Assembly (NCBI GenBank): GCA_965644315.1
Contig: CBFFRQ010000031.1
Span: 248,001-312,000 of the forward strand
Direction: 5' to 3'
Source: Caecitellus pseudoparvulus
Lineage: Eukaryota > Protista > Bigyra: Bicosoecida
Length of the DNA stretch: 64,000 nt
Positions 9,965 to 23,294 of this stretch are shown here, piece after piece. Numbering within the stretch: position 1 is the first letter of the stretch; each line of letters begins with the position of its first letter. The notes beneath the pieces are model-generated. The model worked only from the letters and a program-made list of their open reading frames with translations. It had not been told where the DNA came from and did not search any database. A program made the translations under genes and the position numbers.

Positions 9965-10196
9965 GGGTGGTGCCGCGCTTGCATGTACCCGGGGAGTTCC
10001 TGGCCCTGGCCTGCAGTGCGCCAGAGCCAGGCGGTGGCCGGCAAGCACCAGGACCAGGCGCCCCCCGCCCTGCAACGCAAGTGTGCAGTGGGAGGCACAA
10101 TTCAATCCACGGAACATTCCAACGACTACCGCCATCTGTGTGTGACAGTGGCGCGAACCAGTGGCGAGTGGGGTGCGTCTGGCACCGCAGCAGGTT

Positions 10197-10210
10197 TGCG
10201 GAAATCGATT
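10197..10210 (+). promoter_or_regulatory. TGCGGAAATCGATT candidate promoter/5' element upstream of UTP14
   Basis: An identical 14-mer at 27375-27388 has the same spacing to the MBOAT ATG; a 12-nt match lies upstream of ECHS1. Confidence 0.45.
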
Positions 10211-10230
10211 TCGACGCCCCACAGTTTGCC

Positions 10231-13200
10231 ATGCCGACCAAGGCTGGCAAGAGGGGGAAGAAGAAGGGCGGCAGCAAGAGGGGCCGCAAGCAGCTGCCAC
10301 TTGCAGCCGCTGGCAAGGAAGCGTACTCCGACTCGGAAGCGGATGAAATCGAGGCAAAGGAGCTGGCCAGGTGAGCATGCTGTGTCCTGTCTGCACATGG
10401 AGAACACGCGTGCCTGCGTGGCTCCTCGTGCACGGTTGTGGCTGCTGCCTGTGCAGGTTCGACGTGGAAACGTACGAATACGAGCCACCCAGTGACATTG
10501 AGGATGATGAGGACATTGACTCTGACGGGGTGCGTGCTTGGCTGAGGCCGAGAAGCTGGCCCCGCCGGGCAGCGGAAATTGATTTGCGATGCCCCTGCGC
10601 CGCCCTGCTCAGGCGTTCGACGAGGAGGACGAGAAGCTGTTTGGGGACCACTTTTCTGCCAAAGAGGCTCGCCAGGCCGTGAGGGATGCAGATCCCCCAG
10701 TGAGCGAGGACGAGGACGAGGACGAGCCTGGTGCGACATCCTTGCTGGACATGTTGGATGCAAGCCTGTCCAGCGGCAAAGCCAGCGCCCCTGCCAGCCG
10801 TCCGGCGACGCAGCGTAGCCAGCGGGGCAAGCAGGTAGGCAGCAGTCCACCCCATGGTGACGGTGAAGGCGAGGAGGGCGAGGGCGTGGACCTGCTCGCC
10901 ATGGTGCGTGCTATTGATGGCAAGGCGGCGCCTGCCCAGGCACCTGGCAAGCAAGCAACCCCCAAGCACTTCTGGAGCACAGTGGGCGGCGGCAAGGGAG
11001 ACAGTGAATTCGGTATCGGCGCTGGTGACACCGCTGCAGACCAGGCGAGTGGCATGCGCTCTGGCACAGCCGTCGAGGCTTCTCAAGGAGCGGCGGGTGC
11101 CACTGGGGCCGCGGCAGCTGCAGCTCAGCTGAGCCTGGCCAGCCTCCTGCGTGGCCTGGATGAGGAGAGCCAGGAGGGAGCGGGGCGCCTGAAGGGGCAG
11201 CTGGCCGCCATGGCCTCCACCGGGGGGCCCATCGCCGCCCCCGTCGGCAGTGTCACGCAGGCCCGGGCTGAGCGGGAGGTGGCGTACACGCACTCCAAGC
11301 GCTCCGCTGGCCGGTGGCAGGACGTCGTGGCTGCCAACCGCGCGGCGCCCAGCATCTCCTTCACCCACGAAGTGCGCGCCGCACTCAAAGGCGTCGTGGG
11401 CAAGCAGACAGCGGCCAGCCTGCGGGCCAAGTTCACGCCAGAGACTGAGCTGGAGGCGGAGGTGTCTGCGCTGCTGGCGGCGGCTGGCATGGAGGGGGAG
11501 GCTGCTGTGGCGGCGAGCGAGGCGACGGAGCTGGGGGAGGCCACCGTGACGCCTGCCGAGGCGGCCAAGCGGCGCAACCAGCTGGCCAAGCTGCGCGCTC
11601 TCATGTTCTACGACGAGAAGAAGAAGGCCCGCGCCAACAAGACCAAGTCACGCGCCTTCCGCAAGGTGCTCAAGCGCAAGCGCATCCGGGAGGCGGAGGC
11701 CGTCGTGGAGCGCATGAAGAGCGAGAACCCGGAGATGGCGGCGCAGCTGGAGGAGGAGGCCGCAGCTGCCCGGGCCAAGGCTCGCATCTCCCAGCGCCAC
11801 CGTGCCCGCAGCAAGTGGGTGCGCAAGGCTCTGGCCATGGGGGGCACAGAGGCCGCCACAGCTGCCTACAAGGCTGACTTGAATGCGCACTTGGCTCGGG
11901 CAGCGGAGTTGACAGCCAAGATCAACGCCAGGCCGACCCCCGAGGCGGCTGCCAAGGGCGCCGCGGGAGGGGACTCCTCTTCAGACGACGATGACAGCGA
12001 TGCCAGCAGCCTGGGCGGTGCGTGGGAGTTGAGAGAGGGCGCCGAGGCGGACGAAGCCGACGCTGCCACCTGGCGCAAGGCTGCCGCGTCCCTGCGTGCC
12101 GAGGCGGAGGACGTGTCATCTGGTGGGGAGGAGGGCCAGGGTGGCCCCGCCGCTAAGGGCCTCATGGGGCTAAAGTTCATGCAGCGCGGCGCAGCGGAGC
12201 GCAGGGCAGTTGCCAAGGCGGCCCTGCAGGAGGCGGCGGCCGATGCTGAGAAGGCGGAGCGGCGAGCTGCTCGGCGTGCCGCTGCCCGGCGGGAAGGGCG
12301 GGACCCCGACGCCTCCGGGGAGGAGGAGGGGGGCCAGGACAGTGACGCGGGGACGGGGTCGGCCCCCGGCAATGCTGCAGCGGCCGGTCGGCGATCGTTC
12401 GGCGGCTCCGGCGGCAAGGGCGCCGTGGTGACCCATGGCAGCGGCGGCCCGGGATCCGCTGCGGCGGAGGCAGCGGCAGCGCTGGGCAAGGGGCAGGGGC
12501 TGCAGGTGGGGCAGGTTGCGCGATCGGCACAGAGTCGCACCGCCGTGGCTGGCGCCATCACAGTGCCAGGCGCCAGTGGCAAGCGCAAAGCGTCCTCGTA
12601 TGTGGAGTCCTTGGCAGCAGCAGGCGGTGCGTGGCTGCAGGGTGGGGGGGAGGGTGAGGAGGGTGACAGCGGCGCGGGCGGGCCCAGTGAAGACTCCAGC
12701 AACCCCTGGCTTGTGGCGGCCAAGGGCGGCGCCGGGGCGGGCGGGGACTCTGACAGTGACGAAGGGGAGGGCTGGACAGACCTCACCGCCACCATGGCAG
12801 ACTCGGCGCGTCTGGCGTCCCGTGCAGGCATGCGGAAGGGCACCAGCTCCAGGCTTGCTGCAGCGGCCACGGCGGCAGCCACTGCTGGTCGTGGCTTGGT
12901 GGATGTGGAGGGGGCACTCGCATCCCTGGGCGGTTCTCGCAAGCGCCCAAGGTCACAGGCACCGGAACACACGACGCCGGGGACCAGCAGTGGTGAGGAA
13001 GGGGAGGAGGGGTCGGGACGCCGCAAGGCTTCCCGTGGCCCTCCCACGCAGGAGGAGCTGGTGCGGCGTGCCTTCGTGGCAGACACGTCAGGCGACGTGG
13101 AGGCGGAGCTGGAAGCAGAGAAGGAAGCCGCAGTGCAGGCAGCTCTGCCTCGGCACCTTCGTGAGGGCAAGGAGGCCAACGCCGGCTGGGGCTCCTGGAC

Positions 13201-13771
13201 CGGCCTGGGCTCGGACAAGACCAACGCCACCGCAGCTGCCAAGGCCCTCGCCCGACGCGCAGCACGCAAACGCAAACGCAGCAAGTGGCTGGGCGACGCT
13301 GCCGAGGCCCCACGGGGCACCCTGGAGGAGCGCAAGGCCGCGGCGGTGACGGCGGGCCGGGCGGCTCGCTCTGATACCGGCCTCAAGGGTGTCGTGCTGA
13401 GCCAGAAGCGTGACCGGAAGCTGGCCTCCAAGCAAGCACCCGCGGTGCCCTTCCCCTTCACCTCCGCCGAGCAGTACGAGCGGTCGCTGCGCGCACCCCT
13501 GGGCCCAGAGTGGAACACGTCGGCGGCTGTGGAGGAGGGCACTCGCCCAGAGGTGGCCTTGCGGCGCGGCATGATGGTGGCGCCCATTGCCTCCGCCAAG
13601 GTGCAGAGCAAGGGCGACGACACAGTGCTCGAGACGCTGACCACCAGCGTCTCTGTGCGGGGCGGCAATGTCCTGGCGCCACACGCCGCCCTCACCGGGA
13701 AGAAGGCCCCCAAAAAGGCCAAGAGCGGACGAGGGGCGGGGCGCAAGGGGGGTGCCAAGCGCAGGGCCTGA
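10231..13771 (+). CDS. UTP14: U3 snoRNA-associated protein 14 (2 introns near the 5' end)
   Basis: EDIDSD..AF, LAKLRALMFYDEKKKARANKTKSRAFRK, GLMGLKFMQR, GWGSWTG, VPFPFTSAEQYERSLRAPLGPEWNT. Confidence 0.92.
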
Positions 13772-13911
13772 GGGCAGGCCACCCCCACCAATGCAGGCGC
13801 GGGGATTCCCACACACCACATTCCACCACCCGCCGTCTCTGTGCACTCTGCGGCATGCTTGCTGCTGCTCAGCACACTCCGTGCTCGTGCCACCCACTGC
13901 CCACGCCAGCC

Positions 13912-15298
13912 ATGCTGTCCACCGCAGCCCGTGTGGCCGCGGCGGCCCCCGCCTTGACACAGCAGGGCGTCCGGTACGTGTTGGTGTCAGGCCTAGGGGC
14001 TGCTTGTGGCGCGTGCTGAAGCTGGGCTGTGGCGCCAGGCTCAGCAGGCGCAGTGCGGAACTACTGTGCACACCAGCTTCCGCGCCAGCCCATGCTACAC
14101 ACCCACCCCTCTCCTGCACAGCGCGGCGGCTGCTTCCGGCATCATGGCAGTGCCTTCTCGAGGCATGGCTGAGTCCCTGCAGGACTGTAAGTTTGTGTGG
14201 CACCTTCACAAGCTCTGAATGTGCCACCTGCGGGAACTGCACTCGCACACACACCCTCCCTGCAGTGCGCAAGCGCATCAAGGCCACTGGCAACGTCGCC
14301 AAGCTGACTGGTGTGATGAAGATGGTGGCTTCCGCCAAGGCCCGTGCTGCCGAGGAGGCCCTCATGGCCGGGCGTCCCTTTGGCGTAAGTGGGCACTGTC
14401 GTGGCAGCCACTGGCGCAGTGCCAGCCGGGCCGCCCTTTACTGGGTGCTGGGGACTGCCGGCCTCACCTTGATCCTTGCATTCCCCACAGGAGTCCCTGA
14501 TGTCCAGCGTGTCTTACGATGACGAGAGCTACAAGGCTAAGTTTGAGGGGGAGGGCGCCGACCTGGCGGGCAAGAAGCAGCTCATCGTTGTGCTGACCAC
14601 GGACAAGGGCTTGTGCGGGTGTACGTGCCGGGGGCGCGCCTTGGTTTGCTGTGCCAGCACGTACACGCTTTCATGTCGCCTCCACCCCCCGCCTCACAGC
14701 TGTGAACTCCACCATTTCCCGCATGATCGGCGGGTACATGGACGCACAGACCAGCAAGGGGTACCAGGTGTCCCTGTTCAACCTGGGTGAGAAGGGGCGC
14801 TCCCAGATTGTGCGCATGCACCCTGAGATCACCACGATGAGTGTCGTGGACGTCTTCGACAAGGAGCCCATCTTCCCCCTGGCCGGCGCCATCGCCGAGC
14901 GCATCTGCAACCAGGACTACGACGTGCTCACCTTCGTGTACAACCGCTTCATCAACGCGGCGTCCTTCAACACGGAGTTCCGGCACTTCCCCAACCTGGC
15001 CTCGGGCAGCTCAGATGCCCTGGCTGGCTACGAGATCACCCCTGAAGATGTCTCCCCCGCCGAGACGCAGCTGAACCTGTCTGAGTTCGCCATTGGCGGA
15101 GCTCTGTTCTATCAGATGCTGGAGACACAGGCCTGCGAAATCGCCCAGCGTGTCACTGCCATGGACAACGCTTCCTCCAACGCCAAGGACATGGTGGACC
15201 GCTTCACCATCACGTACAACCGCGCACGCCAGGCACGCATCACCACGGAGCTCACGGAAATCATTTCCGGTGCCGAGTCCCTGGAGGCTGATGAGTAA
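13912..15298 (+). CDS. ATP3: Mitochondrial F1 ATP synthase gamma subunit (4 introns)
   Basis: Presequence MLSTAARVAA; RKRIKATGNVAKLTGVMKMVASAK; TTDKGLCG; AMDNASSNAKDMVDRFTITYNRARQARITTELTEIISGA. Confidence 0.96.
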
Positions 15299-15510
15299 TC
15301 GGACGGCGCCGGCAGTCATGCAATGCACGTCCACCACCCTGCAGGCCAGTGGCGGGAATGTGCGGGGTGGGAACCAGACCAGGTGCAGTGCAGTTCACTG
15401 CCCCACTGCTCCCACTTCATCCACACCCTCCTCTCACCAACCCTCCCCTCTCACCAACCAGCGAAATCGTGTAGGGAAGCCCCTACCTGCTTGTCTGTCC
15501 CTTTTGTTCG

Positions 15511-17567
15511 ATGTCTTCAGGACGTGCGTGCTGCAGCGCTGCCTCCACCACAGCCGAACAGCAAACTTGTTGGCTGCACCGACCAGCACCGCAGCAACCC
15601 CAGCACACACACATGCACAGCTCACAGCCCCCCGGTCATGCCCACCCACCACAGGCTACATCCCACCGCATCTCCGAGGACGCGGTGGCGCTGAGAGCTC
15701 TTCGCCTCAGGGCAAGGGGCCTGGTACCCACAGCCCGGCTCCCCGTGACAGTGCTCGTGGTACTGCCAAGGCAGCCGCAAGCGCCCCTGCCAGCAAGGAC
15801 GGCGGCTTTGACCGTGCAGCAGCTTTCAAGGGTGCTGTAGAGAGCACCCCAGACTCTGGCTACTCGTGAGTGTCGCCGCCTGTGCGTGTGGTGGTGCGGC
15901 TGTTTCACTGCCGTTCCCGTCGCGAGTTTGAAACGCCACATGCCACTTGGTGCACTTCCCCCCACACTCCCTTGCGTTCACAGTGGCGGCCACGGAGGTG
16001 GCGGCTACCGTCGTGGCGGCGGTGGTGGTGGTGGCCGTGGTGGTGGCGGCGGTGGCGGCGGTGGTGGCGGCTACTTTGATCGTGGCGGAAGCAGTGGCGG
16101 CGCCCGTTCCCACTTCGGTGGTGGCGCTGGCTCTGGCACCACCGCCCTCGGCTTCCACGGCAGCACCAAGACAGACCCGAAGCTGGAGGAAAAGATGTAC
16201 GGCAAGGCGGGTGTCACACAGGGCATCAACTTCGACGCCTACGACAAGATCGAGGTGGAGACCAGCGGCGCAGATGTGCCAGATGCGCTGGAGGAGTTCA
16301 ACGAGGAGGTGCTGGGGGAGCGCCTGTTCCAGAACATCACCCTGGCCAACTTCACCAAGCCCACGCCAGTGCAGAAGTACTCCGTGCCCATCGGCTACGT
16401 TGGCCGTGACATGATGTGCTGCGCCCAGACAGGCAGCGGCAAGACGGGCGGCTTCCTCTTCCCCACCATCGCCTCCCTGCTCAAGACAGGCAACCGGCCC
16501 AAGCCGGCAGGGTACCCTTCCCGGTGCGCCTTCCCCGCCTGCCTCATCCTGGCCCCTGTCCGTGAGCTGGCCAGCCAGATCTACGACGAGGCGCAGAAGT
16601 TCTGCTACGCCACTGGCATCGCCCCTTGCGTCGTGTACGGCGGCGCCGATGCCCGCACCCAGATGTACGCCCTGAGCCGAGGGTGCGACCTGCTGGTGGC
16701 GACGCCCGGCCGCCTCATCGACATGGTGCAGCGTGGCAAGGTGTCCCTGGCCAACGTGCAGTTCTTCGTGCTGGACGAGGCCGACCGCATGCTGGACTTG
16801 GGCTTCGAGCCTGACATCCGCCACATCGTGGACGGCATGGACATGTCCAAGGAGCGCCAGTGCTTCATGTTCTCGGCCACCTTCCCCAAGCAGATCCAGC
16901 GCTTGGCCATGGACTTCCTGGACGACTACATCTTCGTGGCAGTGGGGCGTGTCGGCTCAGCTGGCTCCAACATCACCCAGTCGCTGGAGTACGTCGAGAA
17001 CCGGGACAAGACCGCGACCCTCATCCGGCACCTGAACAAGGTGGAAGGTGGCCTCATCCTCGTCTTCGTCGAGCGCAAGCGTGACGCTGATGCCCTGGAG
17101 TACGACCTCATGAATGCCCAGTTCCCCGCCATCGCCATTCATGGTGACCGCACCCAGCGCGAGCGTGAGATCGCACTGGCTGCATTCAAGGAGGGTGCCC
17201 GACCCATCCTGGTCGCGACAGACGTCGCGGCACGTGGTTTGGACATCGGCAACGTCACGCACGTGTACAACTACGACATGCCCAACAACATCGACGACTA
17301 CGTGCACCGCATCGGGCGCACGGGGCGCGCCGGGAACACCGGCACTGCCGTCTCGTTCCTGAACGGCAAGAACTCGAACTTGGCGCGTGACCTGACAGAC
17401 CTCCTCCACGAGGCCAAGCAAGACGTTCCGCCTTGGTTGGAGAGTCTGGCTTTCTCCGGGGGGGGCGGCCGAGGTGGCGGAGGTCGCCGTGGTGGGCGTG
17501 GTGGCCGAGGCGGTGGCGGGAAGTTCTCAGGTGGCTTTGGTGGGCGTGATATGCGCTCTGAGTTCAC

Positions 17568-17605
<38 letters not shown>

Positions 17606-17769
17606 GTGGTGGTCGAAGCGGTGGCGGTGGCCGGAGTGGCGGTGGTGGCGGCGGCCCAACCCGCTCTGGGGCCACTCGCTCTGGCCCCACTCGCTCGGCA
17701 CGCGGCGGCTTCCGCTCTGGCGGCACGACTGCCAAGCGCACAGTTGCCCGTGATAGCAGTGCCTGGTAG
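15511..17769 (+). CDS. DED1: DEAD-box RNA helicase DED1/DDX3 (2 introns)
   Basis: Spliced N-terminus MSSGR|YIPPHLR; GINFDAYDKIEVE; AQTGSGKT; DEADRMLDLGFEP; SAT; HRIGRTGRAG; RGG-rich termini. Confidence 0.95.
17569..17613 (+). repeat. (GGC)11(GGT)4 coding microsatellite (poly-Gly) in the DED1 tail
   Basis: Directly visible trinucleotide run. Confidence 0.9.
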
Positions 17770-17858
17770 GCGGCATGACCACCTTGCCCCCGCAGCTGCC
17801 ACGGCACACCCAGCGTGACAGGGACTGAATGCACTCCCCGCAGCACCGACACATGCAT

Positions 17859-18829
17859 TCACTCGGGTTTGGCGGTGAGGCGCCTGCGGAACTCCTCGAA
17901 GGAGCCGATGAAGATGGCGCCGCCGAGGCTGATCCACATGACCCTGGGCACGATGCCGGAGAAGAGCGCAGCGACGCCCTCCTCCCGCGCCACTGTCGTC
18001 AGGCCGTGCCACACGCCGGTGTAGGCTCTGGAGGTGCCCTGCGTCATCAGACGGGTCTTCACAACGTCCAGTGGCGTCGTGACGGCGGCTGAGCAGCCCC
18101 CTGCGATGCTTCCCAAGATGGCGTTCTCCCACAGCACGAGGTCCCGACCACCTCGTGCCTTGCGCGCCTTGCCCTTCATCCACTCGTACAGCATGAACTG
18201 GGCTGCATCGAAAGGCACTTCGCGCAGCACCGTGGAGAAGTACCCTGAGCACAGGCAGAGGTGGCGAGAAGCGCGTGCCGTGCTCAGCAGGGCAAAGCGT
18301 GCAGCACGAAGCGACGTGCCCACGCACCAGCGTACAGTCCAGCGACACCTTGGTTGCGCAGAATCGTCTTTGCTGCTGTCAGGGACGACGAGTGCATGCC
18401 TGCTTGCATCTGCTGCTTCACGACTTCAAACGGGTTGCGCACAGCCACCACGGCGACGTCAGCCATGGCAGCTGCGAGCCCATGCACCAGTCCAGCGGCA
18501 GCAGCGCTGTCCCCGCCAGCGAGCGGCGCCAGCAGGGACTTGCTGCCACTATACGCGGTCCAGAAGGTGGCCGCTCCCGGGAACGAGCCCAGCATGGCCG
18601 ACAGCAGCCCTGTGAGATGCGGGAGGGTGAGCGGAAAATGGTGCTGCCTGGCATATTCCGCCACCGCTCATTCCGCTGCCTCACCTGAGAACAGTGAATT
18701 CTTGTTGACCTTGCCCGCCCCACCCTTCGTTTGCAGGCGAGTCTTGATGGTGTCCAGGGGGTACAACACGAAGTCCACCATCATGCCTGACGCGCCGCCC
18801 GCCAGGAAGGTGGCAGCGGCTTCATTCAT
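17859..18829 (-). CDS. SAMC: Mitochondrial carrier, S-adenosylmethionine carrier-like (2 introns)
   Basis: Three Px[DE]xx[KR] repeats: PLDTIKTRLQ, PFEVVKQQMQ, PLDVVKTRLM. REVPFDAAQF and PRVMWISLGGAIF are typical of SLC25A26/SAMC. Confidence 0.88.
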
Positions 18830-19015
18830 TGTGCTTCGCTGGCTTGCACAGCAGCTCAACGGGGGGGCAGCGGCCAGGCGCGCGCCGCGAGGAGCGGGTT
18901 AGACTACCCTGATCCCACAGTGCGTCTTGCCTGAGCTGGGCGCCCCAGGGGAGCACACGTGGAGTATTTGTTAGCTACAAAAGGAATGTGGCTGACAACG
19001 CTCAATGGGCTGGGC

Positions 19016-20218
19016 TCATTTGAGGCCTCGCTGCTCCTGGGGAATGAGCGGGTACTCCCCAGTGAACTGCTTGGTGAGGTGTGGACTGCGGTCATACTGG
19101 TGCACCACAGCGACAGGCTCCCCCCGCTGGTTTAGGACACGGCCCCACTCGTCCCGCGTCACACTGCGCATGCCCTGCACTGTGGCGATCCAGCCCTCCT
19201 CGTTGGACACCAGGTGCAGGTCGGGGATGGCCTTGCCGCCTTCAGCGTGCACGAAATAGTTGTGGAAGCCCTGGTCCACCCCATTGCGCTCACACGACCT
19301 GGGGTTGCTCTCAGCGGTGTCCCCCATCAACGTCGCGTAGGCCAGCGCCTGCTCCCACGTGCCCATGCTGGTGCCAGAGCACGAGATGACGTTGGAGGCG
19401 ACGGCAGCGAGGCCATCAGGGCCAAAGCAGTCCTTCACCCAGCCCGAGTTCCACCCGCACTGCCCGATGGTGGTGGGCTTTGCCTCCTGGAAGGCGAAGA
19501 AGCCGCGCCCCGCAGAACCCCCCAGCGCCGCCTGCATGGCGGTGAAGGGGTTCCCCTGAAACACTGTGTCGCGGCTGTCTGTGAACATGACACCCTCGTA
19601 TGGCTGGGCCCCACCAGCACCCACTTCCTTCATCCAATCCCGCATCTGCATCCAACGGTACGTGCTGGGGTGGTAGCCCGCAGCTGCGGAGGGAAGGTCG
19701 GCTTCGCTGAACTCGTGCAGCTGTACACGGTGCAGCTCAAACAGCGCCGCCAACTGCCCCTTGACGTCATCCCTGTGCACCCACAGGTGAACATCCACCC
19801 CACTGTTGGCAGGCATGTGCCGCCGAAGGCTCGCGATGAACCTGTGCGCCCACGGCAACTCGATTCCCTTGGCCAGAGCCAGTATGGCATGCTTCGGCTG
19901 TGCGGGTGGTACAAGTGGTGCAGCAGGGATGTGCGCCACGGGAACCTTATCAACAGGGGCCTTTTCTGCGTGTTCCTTCAGCTGCTGCATGTCCCCGACC
20001 ACTTGCTGCACTGAGCCCCGCAAAGCAGCCAGTTCATCTGCTTGGTGTTGCGGCACTGTCAAGTGCGACGGCACGCGCTTGAGCGCCTCAGCTTCCGCAG
20101 GAGAGCCACGCTGCAGGAAAACAGCCAGGAAAAGCGTACACAAAACTTGGAAGCAGACGATCAAGATGGTTCCGAACGAACACGCGCCCGCCCCTGCGCC
20201 ACGCGCTTTCCCTCTCAT
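19016..20218 (-). CDS. Type II membrane protein, putative GT-A-like glycosyltransferase of unknown specificity
   Basis: Single N-terminal TM, short coiled coil, FTDSRDTVFQGNPF (DxxD), CSGTSMG, GVDQGFHNY, VVHQYDR; intronless ORF. Confidence 0.6.
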   Translation of the reverse strand: MRGKARGAGAGACSFGTILIVCFQVLCTLFLAVFLQRGSPAEAEALKRVPSHLTVPQHQADELAALRGSVQQVVGDMQQLKEHAEKAPVDKVPVAHIPAAPLVPPAQPKHAILALAKGIELPWAHRFIASLRRHMPANSGVDVHLWVHRDDVKGQLAALFELHRVQLHEFSEADLPSAAAGYHPSTYRWMQMRDWMKEVGAGGAQPYEGVMFTDSRDTVFQGNPFTAMQAALGGSAGRGFFAFQEAKPTTIGQCGWNSGWVKDCFGPDGLAAVASNVISCSGTSMGTWEQALAYATLMGDTAESNPRSCERNGVDQGFHNYFVHAEGGKAIPDLHLVSNEEGWIATVQGMRSVTRDEWGRVLNQRGEPVAVVHQYDRSPHLTKQFTGEYPLIPQEQRGLK

Positions 20219-20393
20219 GGCAAGCAACAGGCTCTTATTCCCGCAGGCAGCATTGCTCGCCAGATCCACCAAGCCGAGGCAAGACTCGGCAAGGGTGTTC
20301 CCACATGAGGTTCCTTGAATTTGGACATTGGCGTGCACGCGTGAATTGGGCTCTACTCACCGCCGCCTTCGCCCGAGGTCATGTCCCCCCTTG

Positions 20394-23294
20394 CTACGCC
20401 GAGAGCGCCCCACCTCGCCCTCGCTTGCCGGGGCGGTGGCTGCCTCGCCCCCCGCCTCGTCGCTTCTGGCCACCGCTGCGTCCGCCCTTGGATGCTTGCC
20501 CTCTGCCACCTGCCCCGGCCGGTGCAGCAGGCGGTGCCGCAAGCCCCTTCCCTGCTGCGGCAGGCGGCACGGGCGCCCGTGGCACGGCAGCTGGCTCCAC
20601 GGGGGTGGGCAACTCCAGGTCCTCAGCACAGCCTTGAAACGACGCCTGCAGGGCGAGGAAGGAGGACTGTGCCGCCAGTTCCAGCTCCATCAGCACTTCC
20701 ACGGTGGGCGCAATGGCTGCCACGTGGTGGTTGGTGGAGCTGTCCCCGCCCACCGCCGCGCCATACACGCCTTCGCCGCCCCCCATGCCCGGAGGCAGGG
20801 AAAAGCCCCACGTCGCCCCTGCCTTGGCGCTGTCAGTACTGCCTGTGGCCCCCTGGCCGGACTTGCCCCCCCATGGCGCACACCCTTGCCGCTGCACCGT
20901 GACAGTGGGCAGAGCAATGGAGGCGGGGGAGAGGGCTGCTTGGCCGCGGCCACCTCCATGCATGGCCCTGCCGCCCATGCCGGCCGCCGGGCGTGCAGGC
21001 GTGTCCACCAGGCGCAGGCGGTGCTCCACAGAGGCCAGCAGGCCCGGCTCGTCGTACCAGATGCAGCAACCACCCTTGTTGGCGAGAGCGGTGGAGAGTG
21101 CCTTGCCCGCCCACTTCCGCTTGTCATAGAACCAGACCTTTTCCTGTGCAGCGCTGACGAGGGAGATAGCCAGGCCCATGCGCTCGGCACGGCCGACACG
21201 GCCAATGCGGTGAATGTAGTTCTCTGGCTCGTCCGGCAGGGTCATGTTCACGACGTACGGTAACTCCTTCACGTCCAAGCCCCGAGCAGCGACGTCTGTG
21301 GCGATGAGCACCCGGACGTCGCCCTCCTTGAAGGCAGCCAGGGCGGCACGCCGCTCCCCCATGCTGCGGGCACCGGCTAGCACACAACACGAGTACGGGT
21401 TCTCCTTGCCAGACTCGGCCTTGCGTCCCGGCACGAAGCGCGCGCCGCCCCCACGCTGTGTCAGGTATTCCTGCAGGTTGGTGCAGTCCAAGTTCGTGCG
21501 GCAGAAGACGAGGACCTGCGTCATGTCCAGTGCGTCAATCAGGTCCACCAGCAGGGCGGGCTTCAGCTGCTTCACTGCTGCGCTCCACGCCTCGGGGGAC
21601 AGGTGGCCTCCCCCCTGGGGCGGCGTGGCGTCTGCCTTGTGCACGCCGTCATCCGGGACGCCAGCACAGGGCCCGCTCTTGCTCTGCCAGCCCTGGAACA
21701 CGTCTGCCGTGGGGTCCACCACGACGACCGCGTGGTGCACGGTCTCGGGGACGCTGTCTTTGCCCTTGAGGTCCACCCACGTGGGCCTGTGGCACAGGCG
21801 GCCCCCCAGCGCCTCCACTTCAGGGGAATGCAGCGTGGCTGAGAAGAAACAGACCTGCAATGCACAGTCCTGTGCTCTTCGAGCGCCACTCTTGGACTGG
21901 CTGTGCAGGGCCTCCCAGATGCGCTCCAGGTCCTTCAGGCTCTCGCCACTGGCCATTTGGTCAGCCTCGTCCAGCACGAGCAGGCGCACGCCAGTCAGGT
22001 CCAACTTGCCGCTCTGCACGTGCCCCAGCAGGCAGCCAGGGGTGGCTGTCACGACATCCACACGCTTGCGCAGGGCAGCCAGCATGCTGCTGTGGCCACG
22101 TGACCCCCCACCCCCCACAAGGGTCAGGGTGGGCACAAGCGGAGACAGGTCTTTGCCCAGCTTGTCCACGGCTGCAGCCGTCTGCTCCGCCAGGTCACGA
22201 GCAGGCTCCACGATGAGCACCAGTGGCATGGCATTGCCCCGCCCTGCACTCGTTGCGGGGGGCGGCGCCGCCGAAGCAGCCGGTCGCACAGCCGGCGGAG
22301 TGCCCGCTCCGAGGGGGAGGTGCTGCGCCACAGGCGCTGGAGCAGGGAACTTGAAGCTTGCAGGGCCCGCGCCGCCAAACACCACCTCCAGCTCTGCGTT
22401 CTTCATCGCCACGGCGGGGAACAGGGGCCCTTTTACTGAGGGCGGCAGCTGGAAGGCCTCGCCCAGCCACGCGCCATTCTTTGAGAAGCCGACGGAGCCA
22501 GGCTTGCCTGCCTGCAGAGACAGGAAGCAGCCCACGGTGTCCCCCTTTGTAAACGGCTCCCCGTACTTGGTGAACTTCCCGCCATGGCTCTTCATCCCCG
22601 TGCCGCCAAAGCCGTACCCGTGTGCACACCGCCCCAGATCCAGGTTACCAGCCACGCTGGCCCAGCCCACGCGGCAAATGCCCTCGTCCCGCATGGTCAC
22701 CTCGAAGTGAAAGCTGCCCTGCACGACGCCGACAGTGCCTCTGCACCCGCCCCACTGCCTCTCGTGGCGGCACTGGGTCACAGTTCCGTCAGGTGACACA
22801 GCGACGAGCGGGGAGCGGTCAGACTCGCTCAGGCGTGGTGGGCCATGGGAGCTGGATGGGCTGGCGTCTGCGAAGCGAGCGAGTTCAGGAGCACATACGG
22901 CACACAGTGGCACTCAAATTACATGAACAAGTCGTCCACGATTGGAAATCACGCACCTGCCGCTGCAGCGCCCCGCGGCGCACCCGCCGAGTCTGCGGAT
23001 TTTGGGCGTGCTGCCTCAGCTTGCCGCAGCTCGTGCACTAGTTGCAGGGCAGGGAGGGCAAAGGCACCCGTCTTGCCGCTTCCTGTTTCAGCCGCCTGTG
23101 TGGAGAGGAGCATGATTCCATAGCTACGCGCCGTGCCGCGCGGGGCAGCCTCCACGCACCACCATGACATCGCCCCCTCCCAGCACGAGCGGGATGGCCT
23201 CATCCTGCACGTCGCTGGGCAACAACCACCCCATGTCCTGGGTGGCCTTCACCAGCTCAGGCATCAAGCCCAGATCTTGGAACCCGCCACTCAT
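20394..23294 (-). CDS. DDX1: DEAD-box helicase DDX1 with SPRY insertion (2 introns)
   Basis: MGWLLPSDVQDEAIPLVLGGGDVM|AAETGSGKTGAF; SPRY (CRVGWAS...GYGFGGTGMKSH); DEAD; PTWVDLKGKDSVPETVHH; HRIGRVGRAERMGLAISLV. Confidence 0.95.
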
